From an uncultured Candidatus Binatia bacterium (GTDB lineage Bacteria > Desulfobacterota > Binatia > UBA9968 > JAJDTQ01): 64,000 nt of DNA. The notes below the pieces were generated by a model. That model was not told where the DNA came from. It saw only the letters and a program-made list of their open reading frames with translations, and did no database searches. Of the stretch, positions 27,559-37,132 are shown one piece after another (position 1 is the first letter of the stretch; each line of letters opens with the position of its first letter). A program made the translations under genes and the position numbers. The stretch lies in the NCBI GenBank assembly GCA_965213675.1, contig OZ243916.1:2496001-2560000 (forward strand), read 5' to 3'.

Positions 27559-28905
27559 TTGAGGTTGGTCGCGCACGCCCGCCGGCGGCTGTCCGGCCTC
27601 TATTACGGTTGGCGGATGATGGGGCTCACGGCCCTCATCCGCACCGTGGGCGGCGGCGTCCACGGCTTCGGCTTCACCATCTTCTTCCTGCCCCTCAAGG
27701 CCGAGTTGGGCATCAGTTCGGCGGCCACCTCGCTGGCGTTCTCCCTGGCCCGGGCCGAGGGCGCCATCGAGGGTCCGCTGAGCGGCTATCTCATCGACCG
27801 TTACGGCGCCAAGCCCGTGATCCTCACCGCCGCGATCCTGTGCGGTATCGGCTACATCCTCCTGTCCACCATCGAGAGCTACAGGAGCTTCCTGATCATC
27901 TACGCCGGCGTCATCTCCCTCACCTTCATGCCCGGCTTCGTGCACGCGCCCGCGGTGCTCGCCACCCACTGGTTCACCCGTTACCGTGCCCGGGCGCTGA
28001 CCTGCCTGAGCGCCGCCATGCCCGTGGGCGGGGCGCTGATCGCGCCGGTGCTCGCTATCATTATCGAAACCTGGGGCTGGCGCGCGGGCGCGTTCTTCGC
28101 CGGCTGCCTGTTCCTCTTCGTGGCCGCGCCCCTGACCCTGAAGATCCGGCCGTCGCCCGAGAGCATGGGCCTGCGGCCGGACGGGGAGCCGGCGCCGGGC
28201 GCAGATCCGACGGGCGGCGCCGGAAAGGACGCCGCGACGCGGTCGGGGCCGGTCCACGGCGCGGGCGAAGAAGCCACCGCACGGATTGAACCGTCTTCGC
28301 CCGGCCCGTCCGAGTTCACCGTCGGCCGGGCCATGCGGAACCCGGTCTACTGGCTCTTCGTCCTGTGGATGACCACCCGCAGCGCCGCCTACAGCCTGGT
28401 GATCGTGCACTTCGTGCCGATGATGGTGTGGAAGGGGTTGAGCCCGGAGGCGGCCGCGTTTCTCCTCTCCGGGTTCGCCTTGATGAACATCGTGGCGCAC
28501 TTCATCATAGGGTGGATCGCCGACCAGACCAACAAGGTGCGCCTGGTCAACGGGTGCATGCTGCTGACCTTCATCGGCATGGTGCCGCTCATCGCCAGCG
28601 ACGCCCTCTGGGGCATGGTGGTCTTCTCGGTCCTCTTCACCGTGCTGGACGCTTCCATCCCGGTCATTTGGGCGGCCGTAGGCGACTTCTTCGGACGCCA
28701 GCGCTTCGGCACCATCCGCGGCACCATGAGCTTCTTCTATATGTGGGGCAGCGTCCTCGGCCCCTACGCCGCGGGAGCCATGTACGACCGGAGCGCGAGC
28801 TACGCCGGCGTGCTCTGGCTCCTGCTGGTCCTCGTGGCGTTATCCGGGGGCGCCACGTCCCTGCTCGCCCGGCCCTGGAGCCGGGGCGTTGGGCGCGAAT
28901 ACTGA
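27559..28905 (+). CDS. MFS transporter
   Basis: YYGW N-terminus, GYLIDRYG, WFTRYRARA, DFFGRQRFGTIRG. Confidence 0.92.
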   Translation: MRLVAHARRRLSGLYYGWRMMGLTALIRTVGGGVHGFGFTIFFLPLKAELGISSAATSLAFSLARAEGAIEGPLSGYLIDRYGAKPVILTAAILCGIGYILLSTIESYRSFLIIYAGVISLTFMPGFVHAPAVLATHWFTRYRARALTCLSAAMPVGGALIAPVLAIIIETWGWRAGAFFAGCLFLFVAAPLTLKIRPSPESMGLRPDGEPAPGADPTGGAGKDAATRSGPVHGAGEEATARIEPSSPGPSEFTVGRAMRNPVYWLFVLWMTTRSAAYSLVIVHFVPMMVWKGLSPEAAAFLLSGFALMNIVAHFIIGWIADQTNKVRLVNGCMLLTFIGMVPLIASDALWGMVVFSVLFTVLDASIPVIWAAVGDFFGRQRFGTIRGTMSFFYMWGSVLGPYAAGAMYDRSASYAGVLWLLLVLVALSGGATSLLARPWSRGVGREY

Positions 28906-29053
28906 GGACCGGCGGCGGCGTTCGTCCTGAAGGCCCGCCGGTCGTGGAGACCTTTCATCCCGAACGAAACGAAGTCGAAGGATGCCGGCCTGTCCGCGGT
29001 GGCCGTTTGATCCGTCTGCTTTCCAATAGTATCCCCGATCCGGGAGGTTCCAG

Positions 29054-30172
29054 ATGACACTCATCATCGACAATCCGACCGTCGAGAAGGTCCTCGACCC
29101 GTCCGAGGTAAACGACGCCCTGGAGCTGGCCGCGCTCGAATTGGCCACCGGCGGCGCCATCAACGCGCCCCCGTACCGGGTGTTCACACCCAGAGATCCG
29201 GACGACTATCGCCATCACCCCAGGTTTCCCGAAGGCGGTGGCAATCCGACGCACCACGCCTACACTTCGCTGAGCGGCGCCATCGCAAAACTGGATACCG
29301 TCACGGACCGCATCGATTCCGACATCATCACCTATTTCGAGCAGGACGGACGAACGCTGCAACGCCGCGTGCCGGGCCGCAAGGACGGCCGGTTCTGCGG
29401 CCTCATCTTCCTCTACAGCTCCCGCACCGGCGAGTTGCAGGCCATCATCCACGACGGTTATCTGCAGAAATTCCGGGTGGCGGGCACCGGCGCGGTGGGA
29501 GCGAGACATTTGGCACGAAAAGACGCGCGCACCATGGCGATCATCGGCACCGGCTGGCAGGCCCAGGGTGCCGCGCACTGTTTCGCGGCCCTGGGCACCC
29601 TGGAAAAGATCGAGGTGTACAGCCCCACTCCCGGCAAGAAGGAGCGATTCGCGGAGCAGATGTCAAAGGAGGCCGGAATCGAGATCGTTCCGGCTCCTTC
29701 CGCCCGGGAGGCCGTCCGCGGCGCCGACATCGTCTACATGGCCACCAACTCCAAGGACCCGGTGGTGATGGCCGACTGGCTGGAGCCGGGTCAGTTCGTC
29801 AGCAACGTCTCGGACGTGGAGCTGGAGATCGCCGGCTGGGAACGCTGCGACGTGCTGACCATGAACCGCCACGGCCGGCGCTGGATGAGGTATGCCATCG
29901 GCGGCGCCGAAGCCATCCCCGAGCAAGGGAAGGACCAGTACACGAGGCCGACGCAAATCGAGTGGGACAAGCTGCCGCTCCTGGGCGACGTCATCGCCGG
30001 AAACCACCCCGGCCGCACCTCCGCCGACCAGATCACCGGTCTCGTCCTGCGCGGCGACGGCGTGCAGTTTACCGCCGTAAGCCATCTCATCTATAGTCGC
30101 TGCAAGGCGAAGGGGTTGGGCACCGAGATTCCCAGCGAGTTGTTCCTGCAGGACGAGAAATACATACCCTGA
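29054..30172 (+). CDS. Ornithine cyclodeaminase / mu-crystallin family protein
   Basis: RVAGTGAVGARHLA, IIGTGWQA, ATNSKDPV, GRTSADQIT. Confidence 0.9.
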   Translation: MTLIIDNPTVEKVLDPSEVNDALELAALELATGGAINAPPYRVFTPRDPDDYRHHPRFPEGGGNPTHHAYTSLSGAIAKLDTVTDRIDSDIITYFEQDGRTLQRRVPGRKDGRFCGLIFLYSSRTGELQAIIHDGYLQKFRVAGTGAVGARHLARKDARTMAIIGTGWQAQGAAHCFAALGTLEKIEVYSPTPGKKERFAEQMSKEAGIEIVPAPSAREAVRGADIVYMATNSKDPVVMADWLEPGQFVSNVSDVELEIAGWERCDVLTMNRHGRRWMRYAIGGAEAIPEQGKDQYTRPTQIEWDKLPLLGDVIAGNHPGRTSADQITGLVLRGDGVQFTAVSHLIYSRCKAKGLGTEIPSELFLQDEKYIP

Positions 30173-30173
30173 C

Positions 30174-30809
30174 ATGAACAGGCAGAAGCGTACCGCCATT
30201 TACGAGCGGCTCCAGGAAAACAACCCCAGCCCCTCCACCGAGCTGGACTGGGTCGATCCCTTCGAGTTGCTGGTCGCCGTGGTGCTGTCGGCCCAAGCCA
30301 CCGACGTGAGCGTGAACAAGGCCACGGCCAAGTTGTACCCGGTGGCCAATACCCCCGAGAAGATCCTCAAGCTGGGGACCACCCGGCTCAAGCGCTACAT
30401 CCGCACCATCGGGCTGTTCAACAGCAAGGCCGAGAACATCATCAAGACCTGCAGGATCCTCATTGACGAGCACGCCGGCCAGGTGCCGCGCACCCGCGAG
30501 GCCCTGGAGAAACTCCCCGGCGTCGGCCGGAAGACCGCCAACGTCATCCTCAACACCGCCTTCGGCGAGCCCGCCATCGCCGTGGACACCCACATCTTCC
30601 GCGTCGCCAACCGCACGCGCATGGCAAAGGGGAAGACTCCGCTGGAGGTGGAAACCCGCCTCACCCGCCTGACGCCGCCGGAATTCCGCCAGGACGCCCA
30701 CCACTGGCTCATCCTCCACGGCCGCTACGTGTGCAAAGCGCGCAAGCCCGAGTGTCCCGCCTGCGTCATCGCCGATCTGTGCGAGTTCCCGGACAAAACG
30801 CCCGCCTGA
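30174..30809 (+). CDS. nth: Endonuclease III
   Basis: LSAQATDVSVNK, HhH LPGVGRKTANV, VDTH, CKARKPECPAC...C. Confidence 0.97.
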   Translation: MNRQKRTAIYERLQENNPSPSTELDWVDPFELLVAVVLSAQATDVSVNKATAKLYPVANTPEKILKLGTTRLKRYIRTIGLFNSKAENIIKTCRILIDEHAGQVPRTREALEKLPGVGRKTANVILNTAFGEPAIAVDTHIFRVANRTRMAKGKTPLEVETRLTRLTPPEFRQDAHHWLILHGRYVCKARKPECPACVIADLCEFPDKTPA

Positions 30810-30860
30810 ATCCTGAGCCGCGCTCCAGAAAGTACACCTGTCTCGCCCCGGGTGGCGCCG

Positions 30861-32474
30861 TCAGGCGTTCACGGCTTGCTTTTCCGCGCCGGAATCTCCC
30901 GCGCCCGAATACGGGTTGAACTCCGTATCGACCTTGGACATCAGGAAGAAGACTTCCTCCACGGCGTTGGTGAGTTGCAGGACCCTCGCCACGTCCTCTT
31001 GCGGCAGGGGCGGATTCAGGTTCACATGGCGGGCGCGCGTCTGGCGCATCAGGTCGCCCCGATCCCCGAGGAGCCTCTGTGCCATGGCCCAGGAGAACTC
31101 GTCGTCGGACTCCATGGCGTGGCTTACGGACAGGAACGCGGCGCCCACTCCCTCGCAGACAATGCCGTAGAGTTCCTTCAGTCTCGGCCGGCCTTTGCAC
31201 ACCAGGACCTCCTCGCACAGGGTCCCCACCGAATTTTCCAACCAGGAAAGCAGTTTTACCCGGCTCATCATCCCATTGAGGCCTTCTACTTCCTGCATGG
31301 GGTGGGCTTCGTGAAGGTCTTCCAGAAAATACGAGATCTCGTCAATCACACTCTGACATGCGCTCCGGTTCTGCCTGATGTCCGCGCCTTGCCGCACGAC
31401 ATCGAAATAGTTCGAGATGATCCCGAACACATGCTTTTGTTCCAGATCCACCAGCATCGTCGCGGTGCCGACATCCACCAGCGCACGGTCGTAAATGAAC
31501 CGCGTTTTCGACAACTCATCCATGGGCGACATCGGCCAACGCTTTTCGAAAAGGCGGGCCGTTGGCCCAAGCAACACGAACAAAGGAAGGACGACTGCGG
31601 CGGTAAGGATATAGGCCATCGTCAACTGCTGAGTCAGTTCGAACGGCATGGAAAGGATCAGGGCCTTGACTCCTGGAATGCCGAACCAGAGTTCGGCATA
31701 GAACAGGGGAATCGCCACGGCGCAGATCAGAACGTTCTGGAACACCAGATACATGGCGACCTGGCGGGCCCGACCGGTCAGATTCACCGACAGCATGTAA
31801 GTGATGATGCCCGACCCGACGACGCTGCCGTATATGAACATCAGGATCTGCTCTACGCTGAGGAACCCGACGGCAGCCAGGCTGATGGCGAATACGCATA
31901 CCGTGCTTGAAGACTGTACAACGACCGTCAACACGGCCGCGACCAGTAACGCGAGCAGCGGTGACTCACTGCTCCACTCCATCACATCCCGGAACCAGGC
32001 CTGCGCGGCCACGGGCGCCGCTGCATCCTGCAGCAGGGTCAGCCCAAGAACGAGCATGGCGCCACCGAGGAGCGACGCCGAAATCGGTCGGAATTTCGAC
32101 AGGGATTCGCTCACCACGGCAATTCCCGCAAGACCGAGCACGAACAGAGCAACGATCCTGACATCGAAGCTGACGAGCAGGATGAGACCTGTCATTCCGA
32201 TACCGCCACCGAGAATGATCGCAAATCCGGTCGTCGTTGTGATCAGCCCCGAGCGCAGGATGCTCACCACAATAAAGACCAGACCCGTCATGCTCTGGGT
32301 GGCGACGCCGGCGAGCACTCCCCAACCAGCCGCGGCAACGGGATTCCCGGTCAGGCGCAGCGCGACCCGGCGCAGCCGCCGGCTCGCCAGACTCTTCAGG
32401 TTCTCCGTCAGGAACCACATTCCGAGGACGAAGAGCCCGAGCCCGCCGACCATACCCGCAAGAAGCGCCATCAT
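30861..32474 (-). CDS. Na/Pi cotransporter family protein with PhoU-like C-terminus
   Basis: GGLGLFVLGM, repeated TQS / VQSSS motifs, helical soluble C-terminus. Confidence 0.85.
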   Translation of the reverse strand: MMALLAGMVGGLGLFVLGMWFLTENLKSLASRRLRRVALRLTGNPVAAAGWGVLAGVATQSMTGLVFIVVSILRSGLITTTTGFAIILGGGIGMTGLILLVSFDVRIVALFVLGLAGIAVVSESLSKFRPISASLLGGAMLVLGLTLLQDAAAPVAAQAWFRDVMEWSSESPLLALLVAAVLTVVVQSSSTVCVFAISLAAVGFLSVEQILMFIYGSVVGSGIITYMLSVNLTGRARQVAMYLVFQNVLICAVAIPLFYAELWFGIPGVKALILSMPFELTQQLTMAYILTAAVVLPLFVLLGPTARLFEKRWPMSPMDELSKTRFIYDRALVDVGTATMLVDLEQKHVFGIISNYFDVVRQGADIRQNRSACQSVIDEISYFLEDLHEAHPMQEVEGLNGMMSRVKLLSWLENSVGTLCEEVLVCKGRPRLKELYGIVCEGVGAAFLSVSHAMESDDEFSWAMAQRLLGDRGDLMRQTRARHVNLNPPLPQEDVARVLQLTNAVEEVFFLMSKVDTEFNPYSGAGDSGAEKQAVNA

Positions 32475-32966
32475 GGTCCGGTCCTCGCGGCGGCGATCTC
32501 CGCCCGTGTTCGTGAAGGGAACGCTCTGCTCAGACAAGGCATGGTGAAGTTCCTGTTCGACATGGGGCTCACGCAGCAGCGGGTGTTCTCCGCGTGCCAC
32601 GGGCTGAAGAAGCTACGAACAACCAGGATACGCAACCTTCCAGGAAACCGATGCGCACGTTGGGGCACGATCACTGGCGTAATGATCGAAGATGCAGTTG
32701 GAGACGTTCCGGCGAAGCATACCGCGCCGGATTGTCGGACCTTAGACACTCCCAGGATGTATTTCAACTGACGCCCGCCGGACCGAATCCAGTGCTTCGT
32801 TTCGCCAACAGTGGCGCTTCGGGGAGCGCCGCGGCAAGGAGCGGGAACAGAGCCGCGGCGGCCACGCCGGCTGCTCATCGTACGCCATCCATCGCCGCTG
32901 TGCCGGATTGACAGGACCCCCGGCAACGCCTACCCTTTCGGCATGATCGAAGAAGGAGACGCCGCC

Positions 32967-34202
32967 ATGACCTTGGCCACCCACCCCCTGGATCCGGAGA
33001 AACAGCCCGCGCTTGTGCGCATGGACTCGTATGCAGAGTGGCGCGAACGCGAAGGCGCACCGCTCGTGGGCGGGGTCTTCATCGAGGACATGAAGGAGGT
33101 GGAGGTGGGTCCGTGGCCGCGCAAGGGGGACGGCGTCAAGGGCGCCCTGTGCTACCTAGACGGCGACAACGGCGCCGACGAGCACATCGTCGAGTTGCCA
33201 CCCGGGGGCTACACCGCGCCGTTGCGGCACATGTACACCGAGGCCATCTACGTGGTGTCGGGCCACGGCTCCTGTTCGGTATGGCGCGAGGGCGGGGAGA
33301 AACAGACCTTCGAGTGGGGGCCGGGCAGCTACTTCGTGCCCCCAACCAACGCCTGGCACCAGTTCTTCAACGCCAGCCTGTCGCAGCCGGCGCGCTGGTT
33401 CTCCGTCACCGACCTGCCGCAACTCTTTCGGCAGTGGAACAGCGAGCACTTCATCTTCAACAATGGCTACGACTTCGACGACCGCTACCAGGGCGAACCC
33501 GACTACTTCACGGCAGAGGCCAAGCTCTACAAGGGGAGGGTGTGGGAGACCAACTTCATCCCGGACATCCGCAAGCTGCCCCTCTACGAGTGGAAAAGCC
33601 GGGGCGGCGGCGGCACCAACGCCTTCATGGTCATGGGCTCCGGACTGATGGAGTCCCACGTGTCCCGCTTCGAGTCCGGCTACTACAAGAAATCCCACCG
33701 CCACGGCCCCGGAGCGCATCTGTACATCATCGAAGGCGAGGGCTACGTGCTCGCCCAGCGCGGCAACGAGGAGCGCATTCGCTGCGACTGGAAGGAAGGC
33801 AGCCTCTACCTCTCCGGCGCTGGGCAGGGCCTGTGGCTGCACCAGCACTTCAACGTGGGTGAGACGCCGGCAACCTATCTGGTGATGAACCAGGGACTGT
33901 CGCGCAAGTACGCGGTCAACCGCTGGCAGGCGCAGGAATCCACCGTGCTCCGCACCGGCGAGGTCAGCGGGAAGAAGGGCGGCTACCAAGTGGAGTATGA
34001 GGATGAGGACCCGGAGATCCACCAGATCTTCGAGGCAGAGCTGGCCAGGCGCGGCATCACCTGCCGGATGAAGAACATGGTGCCGTGGTGCACCGGCGCG
34101 GCCGGCGCCGAGGCCGTCAAGGTCCTGTTCCCGGACGAGCACGGCAACCTGCCGGGCGAGCAGGGCAACCTCCCGGACGCGGAAGGAAGCTTCATCGACT
34201 GA
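32967..34202 (+). CDS. Bicupin protein (gentisate dioxygenase-like fold)
   Basis: RHMYTEAIYVVSG...WHQFFN and KSHRHGPGAHLYIIEGEG...LHQHFN; AAGGAG RBS. Confidence 0.88.
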   Translation: MTLATHPLDPEKQPALVRMDSYAEWREREGAPLVGGVFIEDMKEVEVGPWPRKGDGVKGALCYLDGDNGADEHIVELPPGGYTAPLRHMYTEAIYVVSGHGSCSVWREGGEKQTFEWGPGSYFVPPTNAWHQFFNASLSQPARWFSVTDLPQLFRQWNSEHFIFNNGYDFDDRYQGEPDYFTAEAKLYKGRVWETNFIPDIRKLPLYEWKSRGGGGTNAFMVMGSGLMESHVSRFESGYYKKSHRHGPGAHLYIIEGEGYVLAQRGNEERIRCDWKEGSLYLSGAGQGLWLHQHFNVGETPATYLVMNQGLSRKYAVNRWQAQESTVLRTGEVSGKKGGYQVEYEDEDPEIHQIFEAELARRGITCRMKNMVPWCTGAAGAEAVKVLFPDEHGNLPGEQGNLPDAEGSFID

Positions 34203-34268
34203 CGACTGCCGGCGACGCCGTACTGCGCCGGCGCCGGAGCAACCCCACAAAGAGAACGAAGACCCGCA

Positions 34269-37004
34269 ATGAACGATCAACATTCCATGAACCCTTGTGG
34301 ACGGGGCCTCAGGCTGGTGCGACCCGTCATGGCGCTCGCGCTGCTGGCCGTCCTCACACTCGCCCTCCACGGTCCGGGCCACGCACAGAGCGGCGATCCG
34401 CCGGCGGATCCCACGCCGGACAACGAAATGGCGCAACGCTGGTGGAACACCCTGAGCCCGGAACAGATGGTCGCCGCCCTGTTCGGCGACAGCGCCACCG
34501 CGGAGCAGGCCACCGCCGCCAGGAACCCTTACGCCGGCCTGGACATGGCGACCAAGGGCTTGGTCAACGACGCCGCTTCCGAGATCTACGGCAACGGCGG
34601 CTTTCAAAGCGTCGGGGCGTGGTGGGAGTCCCTGGACTGCCGCCTCATGCGCGTGGCCGCAGGCGACGGCAACACCGCCGACCCGGAAAGCCCCTACTGC
34701 GCCCATTACCCCGGATCCGGACAGGATCGTTTGCTGGCGACCGAGCAGAAGGATCATGTGGACACGGTGGGCATGGCTCTCCTCGATTTGTCCGAGCCGG
34801 GTGTCTATCCGCCGGACATCACTCCGGCCAGACTTTGGTGGAACACCCTCAACGCCGATCAGATGGTGGCCGCGCTTCACGGCGACGGCGCCACTCCGGA
34901 ACAACGCGACGCGGCTCAACGCATGTACGCGGAGCTGGATCCCGAGACCAAGAAGCTCGTTCACGACGCGGCCGCCTCCATCTACGGCACCGGCCGTTTC
35001 AGCAGCGTCGGCGCGTGGTGGGAGTCCCTGGACTGCCGCCTCATGCGCGTCGCCACGGGTGACGGCAACACCGCGGATTCCTCCAGCCCCTACTGCGCCC
35101 ACTACCCCGGCTCCGGGTTGTCGCCGCTTCTGGGGACCGCCGAGAAAAACCACGTGGACAAGGTCGGCATGGCCCTCCTCGATCGCTCCGACCCCGGCGT
35201 GTTCCCGCCTGACAGCGACCGCGCCAAGGCTTGGTGGAATGCACTCAATGGCGATCAGATGGCGGCCGCCCTCTTCGGCGACGCCCCCACGACAGACCAG
35301 AATGCCGCGGCCCGCAACCCATACGCCGACCTCGACCCCGAGACCAAGAAGCTCGTCCACGACGCCACCGCCTCGATCTACGGCGCCGGCGGTTTCGACA
35401 GCGTCGGGGCGTGGTGGGAATCCCTGAACTGCCCCCTCATGCGCGTCGCCGCGGGTGACGGCAACACTGCGGATTCCTCCAGCCCCTACTGCGCCCACTA
35501 CCCCGGCTCCGGGTTGTCGCCGCTTCTGGGGACCGCCGAGAAAAACCACGTGGACAAGGTCGGCATGGCCCTCCTCGGCCGCTCCGACCCCGGCGTGTTC
35601 CCGCCGGTGGACGAGCGTCTCGGCCAGGCTGCCCGCGTCCTCCTGCCGGTGGTCACGCGCGCGATCCTGTCGAGCGCCGTGGACACGGTGGGCGACCGGG
35701 CTTACGCGCGTCTTGCGGGACCTGCCGCGGACGCGCCGGGTTTGAGCCTGGCGGGGAGCGCGAATCTGCCGGAGGCCTTGGCGCTCCATGGCAAGGCCAT
35801 GAACGACGGCGCGGCGGACCTGACGCGCCTGCTGGCGCGATCCTCCTTTGTGCTGCCGCTGAACGGCTCCGGCGATCCTGACGGGTTCAAGCTTTGGGGG
35901 AGCGGTGATTATCGCAACCTGTCCGGCGCGGCCAACCGCATCGACTGGGAGGGAAACGTCGTGAGCGCCCATGTGGGGACGGACGTCATGCTGCGGCGCA
36001 ACCTGCTGGCGGGCCTCGCCGTTTCTTTTTCCCAGGGCGCCCTCGACTACACGGATCGCATCGGCGGCGACGCGCGGGCGGGCGAGTACGAAACCGACCT
36101 CATCAGCCTCAATCCCTACGCGGGCTGGGTGCTGCGTTCCGGCATCCGGATCTGGGCGATGGCCGGACACGGCTGGGGTCGGGTTCGGCTCAACCACGAG
36201 GACTCGGACGAGGAACACTCCAGCGACATGACCCAGTGGTCGGGAGCGTTGGGGGTCCGCGGCAACCTCTATTCCAGCGGCGATGGCGCCACCGGCGGCG
36301 GGACGGTTCTGGACCTCAAGGGAGAAGGCTCGTTGGGACGGGGGGAGATTCACGGCTCCGCCAACATGGAAGAACTCACCACCACCGTCAGCCGGCTGCG
36401 GCTGGCGCTGGAAGGAACCCACACTCGACTGATTGGGACCGGTAACGTGCTGACCCCGTCGCTGGCGCTGGGCGTCCTCGCGGACGGCGGGTCCGGGCAG
36501 ACCGGCGCCGGGCTGGAGGTCGGCGGTGGCGTGAAGCTCACACAGACGTCTCTCGGTCTCACCGTGGAGGCGCGCGGACGAACGCTGCTGGCCCACGGCG
36601 AAGACGTGGAGGAATGGAGCGCCGGGGGCGCGCTCCATGTCGATCCCGGCCTGACCGGACAAGGCTGGTCCGTGAGCGTCGCGCCGTCGTGGGGCGTGAC
36701 ACCCAAAGGCCCCGGCGATCTCTGGCAACGCGGTCTGGTGGATGGGACCGGCGACCACTCGATGGATACCGCCATGCGCCTGGCGGGCGAACTGGGCTAT
36801 GGTCTCCACGCTTACGACGGGCGCGGCCTTGTGACGCCCTATGCCGGTTTCCTGCTATCCGGTCACGGTACGCGAGAGTACCGGGCGGGCGCGCGCGTGC
36901 GCGTGAAACCGTCCCTGGCCGTGGCGCTCCAAGGGACCCAGCGAAGGCAGACGAACGCATCGGTCGAGCACGGCGTCACTGTGCAGGCCTCTATTCGCTG
37001 GTAG
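34269..37004 (+). CDS. Autotransporter with three 132-aa Trp/Cys passenger repeats
   Basis: Signal peptide ending GHA|QS, tandem repeats, beta-barrel region (LWGSGDYRNLSG, LAGLAVS, PYAGW, GAGLEVGGG, GELGYG) ending in IRW. Confidence 0.9.
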   Translation: MNDQHSMNPCGRGLRLVRPVMALALLAVLTLALHGPGHAQSGDPPADPTPDNEMAQRWWNTLSPEQMVAALFGDSATAEQATAARNPYAGLDMATKGLVNDAASEIYGNGGFQSVGAWWESLDCRLMRVAAGDGNTADPESPYCAHYPGSGQDRLLATEQKDHVDTVGMALLDLSEPGVYPPDITPARLWWNTLNADQMVAALHGDGATPEQRDAAQRMYAELDPETKKLVHDAAASIYGTGRFSSVGAWWESLDCRLMRVATGDGNTADSSSPYCAHYPGSGLSPLLGTAEKNHVDKVGMALLDRSDPGVFPPDSDRAKAWWNALNGDQMAAALFGDAPTTDQNAAARNPYADLDPETKKLVHDATASIYGAGGFDSVGAWWESLNCPLMRVAAGDGNTADSSSPYCAHYPGSGLSPLLGTAEKNHVDKVGMALLGRSDPGVFPPVDERLGQAARVLLPVVTRAILSSAVDTVGDRAYARLAGPAADAPGLSLAGSANLPEALALHGKAMNDGAADLTRLLARSSFVLPLNGSGDPDGFKLWGSGDYRNLSGAANRIDWEGNVVSAHVGTDVMLRRNLLAGLAVSFSQGALDYTDRIGGDARAGEYETDLISLNPYAGWVLRSGIRIWAMAGHGWGRVRLNHEDSDEEHSSDMTQWSGALGVRGNLYSSGDGATGGGTVLDLKGEGSLGRGEIHGSANMEELTTTVSRLRLALEGTHTRLIGTGNVLTPSLALGVLADGGSGQTGAGLEVGGGVKLTQTSLGLTVEARGRTLLAHGEDVEEWSAGGALHVDPGLTGQGWSVSVAPSWGVTPKGPGDLWQRGLVDGTGDHSMDTAMRLAGELGYGLHAYDGRGLVTPYAGFLLSGHGTREYRAGARVRVKPSLAVALQGTQRRQTNASVEHGVTVQASIRW
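34440..35606 (+). repeat. Three tandem 396-bp coding repeats
   Basis: TGGTGGAA (WWN) starts at 34440, 34836 and 35232. Confidence 0.95.
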
Positions 37005-37051
37005 CATCGCCAGCAGTCCACGCCGTCGTAGAATCGACAAGCGTTTCTCCC

Positions 37052-37120
37052 TTCGTCCTGAGCCCTTCGACAGGCTCAGGACAGGCTTCGTGTAGTGGAG
37101 CGGAACGAAGTCGAAGGACG
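37052..37120. repeat. REP-like element, GTCCTGAGC...CGAAGTCGAAGGA family
   Basis: Related copies at 28954-28983, 43655-43674, 43723-43752 and, inverted, 59326-59368. Confidence 0.8.
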
Positions 37121-37132
37121 CAGGTTCAACCC

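Noticed and set aside
32541-32771. 76-aa ORF starting MVKFLFDMGL, faintly PIN-like
   Set aside because: Resemblance is limited to the first few residues; not supportable
34440-35606. Possible CRISPR array or DGR template/variable repeat pair
   Set aside because: Repeats are in-frame 396-bp coding units without spacers; differences are not adenine-specific and no reverse transcriptase or cas gene is present
33156-36809. 1217-aa minus-strand ORF with repeats
   Set aside because: Antisense shadow of the cupin and autotransporter; its repeats mirror the sense-strand repeats
36614-37132. N-terminal extension of the EutA-like ORF
   Set aside because: Overlaps the autotransporter end and a REP element; ATG 37133 is the plausible start
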